Shown here: positions 35,479 to 51,349 of the stretch, one piece after another
Position numbering within the stretch: position 1 is the stretch's first letter
Layout of the letters: each line of letters opens with the position of its first letter
Origin: Chrysomallon squamiferum
Taxonomy: Eukaryota > Animalia > Mollusca
DNA: 64,000 nt
Assembly (NCBI GenBank): GCA_012295275.1
Contig: CM022678.1
Coordinates: 10,292,001 to 10,356,000 of the forward strand
Direction: 5' to 3'
Notes under the pieces: generated by a model
What the model was told of the DNA's origin: nothing
Database searches by the model: none
The model's input: only the letters and a program-made list of their open reading frames with translations
Made by a program: the position numbers and the translations under genes

Positions 35479-36711
35479 GGTTCCGGGATTTAGAGGTAAA
35501 TTTTAATTAATTTATTTTTACAATAGATGAAAAGTATTTTCGCAAAAATTTTCCTTTTTTTTTTAATTATATTTTATTTTTCCTTTGTTTGTTTGTTTAT
35601 TTTTTCATTTCATTGCCTTTGTTTTTCCTTAGCCAGGAAAAAAAAAATTCCTGTGAAAGACAGAAAAAACAGATCGTGAAATTAATATAAAATATATAAA
35701 TAAATAAATAAATGAATTTAAGATTACAAACTAAATATAATTATTTAAAATTTGTGCACTTTGCTGTAGAATCTGCTAATCAGATAAAAATAAATTTGAT
35801 TGTATCAAATGAGCGGAATTCACTATATTTTGTTCATGATTAATTATTTGTAATAACAATTATCATTAACCACAACATTTGGCAGTTTTTTATTTATTTA
35901 TTTACTATTTACCTATGTAAGTACTTACTTACTTACTAACTTCTCTTATTTTATCTTATCTTATCTTATTTTATTCCATTTTATTTATTCTATTTTATTC
36001 ATTACATTTTATTTATTATACTTTAATTTATTATTTTATTTTACTTTATTTCATTTTATTTCATAAACAATTACTGACATATGTACGGATTTAGGTGCAG
36101 TCATAAATGTAAACTACATACGTATATGTTAGTTATTATTCGTTAATTCTTTAATTACGTCACAGTAGAAATCGTACACAGAGCAACTAATACAGAGTTT
36201 TACATAATTCATAATGAAGTCGATTTCGGGACGTCACGATTTCTTTAATGTTTATATTGTTATTAGTCGACATCTTCAGACGTCACGTGCTTGATGACTT
36301 TCGTTCGCCTTTTCTTGAATCGGGATCCTCACCCTTCTCGATGACTGGATCACTTTAGATTATTTTTTCTATAATGTCATTTAATGTTGAGCCGGGGGGG
36401 ATCTTGAATCTCTCTGCCGTCAGATTCTTTTCTCGTCAGGATTTTTGAATACCAAATGCAATTTATTATTCATAGGTACTAAACAATGCTATAAGGTCAT
36501 TAATATTAATCTTATTAACAAACACAGAAATGCACACGCTGTATAACGTATGATACTCAAAGTTTCTGTTGGGATGTCTGTAAAGATTCATTCATTCAGC
36601 ATCGTAAATTCGAGAAATTTCTTAGAAATATTTCTTATGTTCGTTGTTCATATACATTGTTTCTTTTTCAGTTTCAGACGTTAACACCAAACAAACAAAA
36701 ACAAAACTGTA

Positions 36712-37748
36712 ATGGCAGAAACCAGTGATTCGTCTTCTCCTTCAGTAAACGTCGTCACAGAAGCAGACAAAATAAAACTGCGGTATGCTACATACAGAGG
36801 TTGGCATCGTAAAAAGCTTGCTCTCCAGCTAGCTATAGCCGGATTTAAGTATACTGATGATGGCGACAGAGTGAAATGTGAAACTTGTGACGTGCAAGTG
36901 GACAACTGGTTGACGTCAAACGACGCCATTGAAACACATCGCAAACACTCACCGAACTGCTCTTACATTAACAAGTGGTTTGGCGGGGAAAGTCAGACGA
37001 CATCTGGAGGTGGTAGAAGCGAAGATAAGTCGAAAATTCCTCCGAAATACCCGTTATACGAGAACTACCAAAACAGACTAGACAGTTATTTTGGGTGGCC
37101 GCTGAAATACGCACACCAAAAGTCCCTCGTCCATGGCGACAGAGGGTTTTTTTCTACTTGGGATCCGCGGACAGAGCAAGATGTTACCAGTGTGGTCTCA
37201 CTCTCCGAGACTGGGACGAGGACGATTTTCCACTGGACGCTCACATCACGTGGTCTCCCGACTGCCAGTTTGCTCAGCAGAGACAAGAACAAGCCAGACG
37301 CGGAGTCTCATCAAATAGTGACGACAGAAACCCAGAATACAATAAAATGTCTAATGCAACTGATAAAAACAACAACAAAGAACAACATTCTGAAAGGAAA
37401 ACCGCAAACACCTTTGAAGAAACGGCAGTAGCAGGTTCGACCGGAGATGCGTTTTGTAATGGAGGAAATACAAACACGAACGAATCCTGTATGGAAGTAA
37501 GAAACGACTCCGGCGTAACTGATAGTGAAACAGGCACAGACGGCGCAGTGGGGGGAGTAGGTAACGATGCTGACGTCATGTCGCGTGTACGCAGCACGAT
37601 GATAGACGCTGTGTTGGAGTTTGGGTGCACTATAGAAAGTGTAAGGAAGGCAATTCAGCTAGAGAGGCACAGAAACGGGAGGAATTTTCCTAACGCAGAA
37701 TCGCTGTATGCAGCCGTTCTAGACATTGAGGAATCAGATACTGTTTAA
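36712..37748 (+). pseudogene. Inhibitor of apoptosis (IAP/BIRC) family gene, BIR-BIR-UBA, intronless CDS, two +1 frameshifts
   Basis: BIR1 is RYATYRGW...LAIAGFKYTDDGDRVKCETC...W...DAIETHRKHSPNCSY. BIR2 (RLDSYFGWP...SPSSMATEGFFYLGSADRARCYQCGLTLRDWDEDDFPLDAHITWSPDCQF) is spread over three frames by extra bases in A-run 37118-37121 and T-run 37147-37153. The C-terminus MIDAVLEFGCTIESVRKAIQ...GRNFPNAESLYAAVLDIEE resembles the IAP UBA domain. There is no RING. It could be an intact gene with sequencing errors. Confidence 0.9.
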
Positions 37749-38078
37749 TTAACTTATTTATTTATATTAGTTTTGTAATTTGAAGAATCACGTTACTGTA
37801 TTAACTTTAATATTATTTATTTATTTATATTATTTTTGTAATTTGAAGAATCAGATTACTGTATAAATTTTAATATTGTTTCGGTAATTTAAAGATTCAG
37901 TTAAGAGACATTTAAATTTGAAGATCTATTTGTTTGTGTAATAAAAAAAGTCGTAGGATTTAATCAAATAATTTCTCGTTTGGTTTGTTCATCGAACTCA
38001 TCATCATTGTTGGAGTCCTTATTTTGTTTTTGTTTCTTCTTCTTCTTCTTCTTCTTCTTCTTCTTCTTCTTCTTCTTC

Positions 38079-38138
<60 letters not shown>

Positions 38139-39029
38139 CTTCTTACTTATTTATTGTTTCTGTTTGCTTGTCTTTTTATCTTATTTAAGACAGTTCATGT
38201 ACCAAAAAAATGTAACAGACTGAATTTTGGAGACTATTTATTTTATTTAGTCTATTTACAATGAATATCAAACTATTTCTTGTCGAAAACAATTCATGTC
38301 ATAAACAACCATTTACAAACGTGTATAAAACGTCGAAATGTTTTTTGTTTTACATTTGTAAGCACGAAATAGAAATTATTGTCAACTATCACTCTTGTTT
38401 TATTCTTTTACTCAGTTACAATTAAGAAGAAAAAATACTGTTTTTTTCTCGTTTTGACAGTTACACAGATAATCAAGATCTACAGCTGGTTACTAATTTT
38501 TGTCAGCAGAAAGAAAACTTTTATCAGCATCTTCGAAAAACTGAAACATATTTGGCATTTCTTTTCACTGATTCGTTGCTTGGAACTAGAAATAACAGAA
38601 CAGGATATCCGAGAAGGATCGATCCTGTGTGTGTCTGCGTGTCAGACCAGTTATCTACAACTGATCTGTAGTCAGCACAGACGTGTAGATAAATAATAAA
38701 TTGTTTAAACATGTTTATATTTTTATACCATCCCATAGTTACCATCACCAGACACAATATCGTGAATATTGTCAATAATAATAATAATAATAATGATGAT
38801 CATGATGATCATGATGATAGTAATAATAATAATAGCAACAATAACAAGTTTAATCTATGCCATTCCATGAAAAAAGCAACTATTATTAACTGCAGTACAA
38901 AATGAAAATCACATAAAAATAATATCATAAAATAATAATCATAACAAGAAGAAAAAGTAGAAGAAGAATAGAAAGAAAGAAAAAAACAGATAAACACATC
39001 TGCAAGTCTGTGAATGTGTCTGTTTGTGA

Positions 39030-39214
39030 CATCACTGTGACAGGTTACTATGTGTTTCGATCTGTCCCAGCGAGAGGTCAGACACTGTGTGCAGAAGGAA
39101 TGGTGACAGGGAAGTGTTCTGGGTAACTTTTCCTCGTCATCGAAACAATCTGAACAGATCTCACAAGTTACGTGTTTCCGTTGAATGTTGAGAAACAGCA
39201 GTCCTCTCAGCCAT
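39030..39214 (-). pseudogene. TRIM-type N-terminal RING finger relic
   Basis: The reverse strand reads MAERTAVS (frameshift) NIQRKHVTCEICSDCFDDEEKLPRTLPCHHSFCTQCLTSRWDRSKHIVTC. This is a C3HC4 pattern with the PRxLPCxHxFCxxCL signature; the last Cys pair is incomplete. Confidence 0.75.
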
Positions 39215-39215
39215 C

Positions 39216-39500
39216 ACAGATTAACCCTTTATAGCTGGATCAGTGTGTACAGCATAACTCAAATAGATTAACCCTTTACAACTGGATCAGCGTATCCAGT
39301 ATAACTCAAGAAGATTAACTCTTTATAGCTGTGTCACAAAGATTAATCCTTTGTAGCTGGACTTGTCTGTCCAGTATAACTCAAACAGATTAAATCTTCA
39401 TAGCTAGGTCAGATTGCCCAGAAAAATGCAAAGAGATTAATTCTTTAAAGCTATATCAGTATGTCCAGTGTAACTCATATAAATTAACTCGATATTTATA
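39216..39500. repeat. Degenerate ~45-bp tandem repeat (agattaaccctttatagctggatcagtgtgtccagtataactcaa-like)
   Basis: About six decayed copies immediately upstream of the RING relic. Confidence 0.7.
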
Positions 39501-40489
39501 CTTCAAGGCTATAATTATGACCTTTATTTGAAGTGTTCTTCTTACCTTGAAATGAAATAAATAATGAACAATATTAATTGTAAAATAATTATGTAAACAG
39601 TTAAAGAAATATTTAATAACAAAATGGCATCTAATATGAGAAGAAAATAAAATAAATATTTTTATACTTAATTTGCTAGAAAATAATCTTTGAAATCTGA
39701 CTGATACATGTTTCATATTCATCATCTTTCGATACTGCTTAACAATCACAGATTCTTGTATAAAAGACGGCACCTCCAAAATAGAGAAAACAATGGCAAT
39801 AAAAACAACAATAATAATACCTCACTATTTTCTATTTAAATACCCTGCTTATCCCACACCAATGAAGCAAAATGAAAAGATCCTGGTTTAATAACACATC
39901 ATCAAACTTTATAATCAGCCCTCAGCTCAAAAGCAAAACACAACTCACTAAGTGAAGATCACAAAAAGAAAAGACAACTTTCACAAAAATATGAATCTAC
40001 TTTGTTATAAAAAAAAAAAATACACAATCAATCATGTTTACTTGGCTGATAGTTTTACATATACCTTGTTCTCAAGGTTGAAAAACGGTAATATAATAAC
40101 CAACAGCTGAAAGAGTTTCTCAGTGTTTGAATGTCACCTTCAACTGTTGATCTGACATTGAAGTGGATAATTAAAGACACCCAACTATTTTATAAAGTAA
40201 ATCTCAACTTAGCAATTTAACGTGAAGATCAAAAAAGGGAAAAAGAACTTTCAAAAAATGTTAATCTATCTTATTATAAAACACAAACATTACAAAAACT
40301 AACCATCTTGTTCTCTTGTATCATCTTGTTTTTTCGGGAAAATTATCTCCTTCCATTTAATTAATTAATTTGTTTATTTATTTATTTATTCAGTTATTTA
40401 TTTGTTTATTTATTAATTTATTTATTTCAGAAGGATTATTATTTTTATACTATTAATATTTTTATTATTAACTCTCTCTCTCTAATTAG

Positions 40490-44460
<3,971 letters not shown>

Positions 44461-44477
44461 ATATATATATATATATA

Positions 44478-44696
44478 CTCTCCCAAAAAAGAAACGCAGA
44501 ATGGTTGCTTTCTTAGATAACTATTGTAAACTGACACATATCGATTAATACAAACTATTAATATAATGACATCTGGTGATTCGAACGTATAGCTTTTGTT
44601 ACAGGCATGTGAACATTCTGCTGCTTTCTGCTGGTCCGTTAGATGGATATTCCTAATGTCAATAAAATCTACTTTTGCGTTTCTTTTATGTTAGAG
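44478..44696. mobile_element. Tc1/mariner-type MITE inserted in a TA run
   Basis: Imperfect TIRs: ctctcccaaaaaagaaacgca versus the reverse complement of the right end, ctctaacataaaagaaacgca. TA on both sides. The paralogous site at ~41866-41885 lacks the element. Confidence 0.8.
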
Positions 44697-44744
44697 TATA
44701 TATATATATATCTGGTTCTCAATACCATGACAGCACACATTAAA

Positions 44745-45690
44745 AAAAGGTGTTGATGTAAATATTAAAAACAGTAAGAGTGAAACTTCTCTTCCTACAG
44801 GTGTTATTATAAAGAGAATAAAATAGCTTTTTGTTTACTGATATATGGAGCTGATTCTAATTTAATGGACAATGATAACAATTCTGTTTTACACCGAGCA
44901 GTTAACCATGGATATGTAGAAACTGTGTTCGAAAAGGTGTTGATATAAATAATAAAAAGTCAAACTGAAACTCCTCTTTTTACTTTTTTCTTAATTATGA
45001 CGAAGATGAACTTGATCCATATCTGAATGATGACAAATGTAAAGTATCTTTTTTATTTAGCTGATACTAATTTAACAGAACAACAACAATTCTATTTTAC
45101 ACATAGCAGCTAATCATGGAAATAAGGAAATTGTGACAGCAGTGATTGAAAAAGGTGTTGATGTAAATATGAAACTCCTCTTTTTAAAGCTGTTAAGTAT
45201 AAACAGAACAAAGTGTTTTTTGTTAGTATTTACTAGAACACAGAGCTGATTCTAATTTAACAGAGTGATAACAGTTCTCTTTTACACTCAGCAGCTGAAT
45301 GTGGAAATGTAGAAATTGTGACAGCAGTGATTCAAAAAGGTTTTGATGTAAATACTAATAACAGTTGAGGTGAAACTCCTCTTTTTACAGCTCTTAATTA
45401 TGATGAAGATGAATTTGATCTATCTCTGAATGATGAAAAATGTAAAGTAGCTTTGTATTTGCTGGAACATGGAGCTGATCTTAATATAACTGACAAAGAT
45501 AACAAGTCTTTTTCACACTTACCAGCTGAATGTGGAAATATAGAAATTTTGAAAGTGCTGATTGAAAAGGTATTGATGTAAATATTAAAAGCAGTAGAGG
45601 TAAATTCTGTTTCATAGCTAGCAACATTGAAATATGGAAATTTTGAGAAACTGATTAGAAATGGTGTTGATGTAAATGTTATTATAGATA
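44745..45690 (+). pseudogene. Ankyrin-repeat gene relic
   Basis: Repeated KGVDVNIKN..ETPL, LLIYGADSNLMDNDNNSVLHRAVNHGYVETV and LLEHGADLNITDKDNKSFSHLPAECGNIEILKVLIEK motifs, with many frameshifts and a TGA at ~45366. Confidence 0.88.
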
Positions 45691-45763
45691 AATTTTGCAA
45701 TTATCAATGATGGAATGAAAGATATATTTGTAAAAACGCCGTATCCCAAATGCAGGTAACCTG

Positions 45764-45794
<31 letters not shown>

Positions 45795-45956
45795 TTGCTG
45801 TTATTGTTGCCCTTGCTGTTTAAAATTTCAGAATCAGCCAAATTTTTAAATTTTTGGTTGACTGACAGTAACTCAGTATCAGACCGCCCAGTCCCTGTAT
45901 GGACAAGGTCCAGAATGTGTCCGTTCAGCGGAACAGGGAACGGGGAGCAAGACTGG

Positions 45957-46030
<74 letters not shown>

Positions 46031-48257
46031 GTGCGCGCAGGCAAATGTTACGGAGATAGATTAGCTTTATGGTTAACGTAAACACTAGGAAGGTCTGCTG
46101 ATCTAAGGGAGGCAACTCTTTTCAACTTCTACCTTTTTAGTAGATTATAATTACAGAAAAACCTTTCTCTAAATCATTTCGTCCTAATCACTTTAAACCA
46201 CAGTTACGCCACCTGTAACATAATACATTTTTTGTGTGTTTGTTTAGCGAAGATAATTTTCTTTCGCAGGTTATTTACATCAGTTTTACTGTCTTTGTTG
46301 CAATCTTAAGGAAATTTTAAGGCACTGCGTCCACTTTATATCAAAAGCCGTTGTATTCCAGGGCGTTTCGAAGATAAGATTTATTATTATAATTTATTAA
46401 TAATAATCTTCGTCTGTGATAATAAACATTTTGGTTAGCATACTTTCTTTTTCTCTGTCGTCACTCTTTTTTTTTACATTTTATCTTCTGAAGGACTACA
46501 GCGTGAAAAAGACTAAAATGGAAGACAAGAAATTACTGCTTATTATTTTAACCTGCTGGATGATGCTTTTTAGTCATCAGAATCAAGCACTCTGATTACA
46601 GTCCACGGTTAGTGTTAACGCGGTATTAGGGTTGTGTTTATATATATATACAAAATGCTGCCTCTAAATATTTTGCACCGATATTTATTTTATGTCTGAT
46701 CAGGCTCTTGTAGACACAACTGGATGTTGTTTGGACTAGAGGCTGGTCAGGTAGGTGAAAACTGAAATATTTCTGCAATATTTATTTAAAATTAGCTCTG
46801 TGTTGAAACGATATATAGCGATATATGAAATGGAATGTTTATTTATCATGGTCATCTAAATTGTCAAGATGTTTGTAATATGATTAAACATATTAATTAT
46901 CTGATATACCACACAGCTTTACAATAACAGAAAATCACACCGCATTTCGACATCTTGAGATACATACAATAGTATTCAGTACCAATGTCTGGCTCTCGTC
47001 AATGTCTGTGTAAACTGGCATAATACCGAGCATGCGCAGATGGACATAATGATACGCATGCCCAGACAGGAATTGTGGTATTTTCCTACAGCATGATTAA
47101 AATGCCCGTAAAAAAACACATGATCCCGTTTCATTAAAAATTAACAGCGGCAGTAAATTATATTTAAATTTAACAATCTAACAATAACAATAAAAGAAAA
47201 AAAATAATAATAGTAAGACTTACTTTATAAAAGTATCTCTTGCACTGAGTGTTATATTTAAAAAGTTAACTCTTATTATAATAAAATATTTAATTAACAA
47301 AGTCAACTGTTACCATGACAGAATATTCAAATTAGAAAGCTAACTAACAAAAATAATATAAAAATACTTAATTTAAATAGTTAACTATTACCATAACATA
47401 ATGTTTAATTTAAAGGGTTTAGCATTGCCATGGTATGTTCCCAAAACTGGCAGTCTCCAGATTAGGTAAGCGGTGAGGTGTTCTAATCCGCTTCCAGAAA
47501 CGGGGAAACTGGCGTGAGCAATTAAAGCCAATTTAGACGCACGGGGATAACGAGATGTGAGAAGAACAGAGATGAGCCGGAATAGAGATTGCAAGAAAAT
47601 TAATGTTTGGAGACATGAAATTAATGTTTGGAGACATGAAATTAATGTTGTATCTCAGTAAAAATTTTAGACAGGAAATGCTACCAATTTAGACGTGTGG
47701 GGTTAACGAGAACAGTTAAGAGATATATGAAGAGTAGAGGTTGCAAGGAAATTAATGTTATAACGTAAGGTTTGCAGACAGGAAATAATGCCTATATAAA
47801 TACTATACAGTCATGATGTGTGTTATGTTTGATCGTAATTAATTGCCATTGTTATTGCTTTGATCACCGATCAATAGTCAACCGTCAATGGTACGATTAA
47901 TAGTCAGTGGTACCGGGAACATCAGCTAAGGTGTGTCAAATTAAGATGTGTTAAGATCTCACTGCCAGAATCGAGAATAAACCACGGTGAGTATCACGGT
48001 CATGTTTTGCCAAAACAGGAGAACAGCATGGGCGTGATATATATATGTATCACCCATAGGTATTTAAATTTTAGAGTTCAGATAGTTTCAATTAAAATTT
48101 AAATATTGTTTTGTTTGTTGAAGTGATAATAACTTACATGAAGAGGTATAAATGCTGATGTTTTATGTCAAAGAACGTAACTGAATCAATTTGACGTTTT
48201 CCTCTATGTCTTTTATTTTTATTTACTTCTAATCTTCATAATGTAAACTATTCACAG

Positions 48258-48338
48258 ATTCTTCACAAGATATGAAGATAATCTACAGTGGAGTAGCAGC
48301 AGGTTTCCTTGTTGTTGTTTTGATAAGAAAACGGAGAG
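48258..48338 (+). pseudogene. Orphan TM exon of the receptor family with in-frame 30-nt shortening
   Basis: ttcacag|DSSQDMKIIYSGVAAGFLVVVLIRKRR|gtaag. Flanking introns (~48062-48490) match the introns around the TM exon of genes A and B. Confidence 0.8.
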
Positions 48339-49029
48339 GTAAGGAAATCAACAGTCACATGTCTTAATAAAATAATAACAACATACTTGGTAACTTTGTA
48401 GAAAGGTTTCCAGTCTTATTTCCATTTACTCGTAGTACGTTTCATAATCAATTACTGTATTTTACATTCTCTATGATAAAATTCGTTTATAACACCCTAT
48501 ATTCCTTGCATTATTCACCCACAAATGTTATTATTAACAATATACTACAATACATTATTTATTTATTTGAAGTAAGTATGCAATTGTTGTTGTTTTTTTC
48601 TTCTTTTTTCTTTTTTAGATTTTCGTGATGTGAAACCTCAATGTTGCATCTATAATTTTATTCTAATTCTACAGTAATTCTGTTATAATTTTGTTTTAAG
48701 CTTTGATGGCTGAAAAGACTCAATTTTATTTTATTAATACATAAAGAGATAGATAAATGTAATGCATATGTAATTACGGAAACTTGAATTCACAAAGGTT
48801 ATGGTTTAGGAGGAGGGTAATAGTTTAAATTGTCTCGGGCACTGCAAGCCCACGCTATGTCTTGTAGATTATGAAAGATATATATATATAAAAAACGATA
48901 AAAAAATCCCTATCTCATATACGTACATAATCGTCTAGCTTTTAATAATATATTAAAGAGGAAGCTAATAAAGTATTAAGAATTACATGTACATGATTCT
49001 AGTGCTAGTATTTAATAGCATCCAGATCA

Positions 49030-49790
49030 GTGACCATTCTAGAGTAATGCCAGGACTATCATTACTAAGAATACCACTGATATCACTCGAATTACTGTCA
49101 CTAATACCAGCTCAGTGATGTCTAGTAATACCACCATTATCGCTTGTATTACTTCACTAATGCCAGCTCTGTCATGTCAAATAACAAACCCGATATCGCT
49201 GCAGTTACAATCGCTAAAACCAGCTCAATCGTTTCTAGCAATGCCACCAATACCGCTTTATTACCTTCACTAATACCAGCACCATCATGTCAAATAATAC
49301 CAGCAGCACCCCTGCTATTACTATCACTAACAACACCACTGTCATGTTTAATAATACAACTAGAACCGCCGCTATAACCGTCACTAATACCAGCACTATC
49401 AAGTCTGACTGAACCATCAGTACCGATGCCATTACGATTACTAATGCCAGGACTATCATTACTAAGAGGTACCACCGATATTGCTGAAATTAGCGTCACT
49501 AATACTAGTACAATCGTATCTTATTAACTTCAATAATGCGGGCACTATGAAGTCTAATAGTACCATCAGTACCGCTGAAATTATCATCACTAACACTAGC
49601 ACTATCATGTACACCGATGCCGCTGCAATTACAATGGTTAATACCAGCTCAGTTGTGTCTAGTAATGTCACCGGTACCGAGTTTACTACCTTCACTAATG
49701 ACCCCACTGTCACGCATAATAACAACACCGATATCGCTGTAGTTGCAATCACAAATACCAGCACATTCGTTTCAAACACAAATACGAAGT
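49030..49790 (+). repeat. Degenerate ~57-bp minisatellite reading as 19-aa Thr/Ser/Asn-rich units
   Basis: Units such as TNASSVMSNNKPDIAAVTI, TNTSSVVSSNVTGTEFTTF and TNDPTVTHNNNTDIAVVAI. The frame is broken several times. Confidence 0.65.
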
Positions 49791-50374
49791 AGCTGACTGA
49801 ATTATTTTAGGTGAAACATTCTGCACACTGTTTCAATAATATCTCTCAGACGAAAACCGCAGTAGCCATTTGGATCTGGATGTTGTCCTTCGAGACAAGT
49901 TTTTGTCGAACTGTTTGATTCTGGTACCAGACAAAACATGACAGTTAGCACCGTCAGTATATTTAGTACAACATTCATTGTTGAATGTTTTTTCCACGAC
50001 CAAACGATCGATAGAATTCTAAATTATGAAAATAATACAGTTTAGAAAACACCCCATGTCAGAGCTAGATTACGAAAGGTATATTTATGAGAAATCTTCC
50101 TATCTCGAACACGTTCGTTATTATGTTGCTGAATAAATGAAAACTAACGGGTAATAATAATTTAGTCAATCTTATTTTGTAAATCTTAAAGTCGTTAATT
50201 AAACGTAACAGTTTATCGAACAAAAAAGATAAAAGCCTTTTAACTCAGAATACTTATTTTATATGAAAAGTGAGCATGCGGTGGACTGTGCTGAACACAA
50301 ATATACTTACAGATATTTGCGCAAGACTGGACAAAATACAATGTTTTGTTAATTTAGAACTTGTTTTATATCTA

Positions 50375-50439
<65 letters not shown>

Positions 50440-51199
50440 GTATGTTTGTACGAGTGTGTGTGTGTGTGTATGTATGTATATATATATATATCAATATATG
50501 TATGTATATGTATGTATATATGTGTGTGTGTGAGTGTGTGTGTGGCCAAATATTAAATCAGTTTCTCAAATGAAAAATACTAAAGTGTATATTAACTGAA
50601 ATGCCAACGAAATCTTTTCTATTGTCACTGATAATAATAATAATAATAATAATAACAACAACAATAATAATATAGTAATAGTAGTAGAAGTAGTAGTAGT
50701 AGTAGTAGCAGAAGTAGTAATTATAGTAGCAGTTGTAATAATAATAATAACAATAATAAGAATAAGAATAAGAATCATTTAGACTGTTAAATTATTAGCT
50801 AAAAAAATTAAACTTCAAAACAGATATCTTTACATAACCGTGTACTTTTGTCTGTGTGTTTAATTCTCGTAAGTAAATTTTGAAACAAAACGTTTCCCTC
50901 TCTGTTTTGCAACTGTTACGAGCAATGTATTAATTCGCGATGTAATGAAAGTTGCAGAAACATTCAGGGAAAATATTATGCGTGTTTGATTTCATGGATC
51001 TAGTGATAAATGTCTCCAGTGCTTTTGATAGATGTCATTTCTGTTTATTGTCGCATTAAAACTAACAAAAATTTTAATTTATGCAAAATTAAAAAAAATT
51101 AAAAAACAGATTCAGAAAAGCTGTCGCGCTTCATTTCATTGATCCAGCGACAAATGCCTGTAGTTCTTGTAAAGATAAGTTCATTAACAGTTAAGTCAC

Positions 51200-51349
51200 A
51201 TTAACCTCCCTCCAGAGTGGTGCTCAAGGACACGAGGAGGAAGCAAACGAACGGAATGTAAAAGTATGCAAAGTTTGCTCTGGTTCCGTTATTAAACGTT
51301 GTAAATCTTTAACAGTAACTTTGTAAAATGTTACATGGTGTCAGAAGTG
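51200..51349 (+). mobile_element. Possible LTR-retrotransposon remnant (LTR end plus tRNA-Leu primer-binding site)
   Basis: ...ttaCA immediately followed by TGGTGTCAGAAGTG (51336-51349), complementary to a tRNA-Leu 3' end and typical of Gypsy PBS. There is an upstream attaaa. No gag/pol seen, and the left boundary is a guess. Confidence 0.45.

Noticed and set aside
37110-37160. Programmed ribosomal frameshift in the IAP
   Set aside because: Restoring BIR2 needs two separate +1 corrections (the middle segment SPSSMATEGFF is in a third frame); a single -1 shift would leave a corrupted BIR helix.
37748-39214. RING relic as the missing C-terminal RING of the IAP
   Set aside because: It is on the opposite strand, has its own ATG and has a TRIM-type rather than IAP-type signature.
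47596-47650. 21-bp tandem repeat and local duplication near 47530-47790
   Set aside because: Only ~2.5 copies with no coding or structural signal; ordinary slippage.
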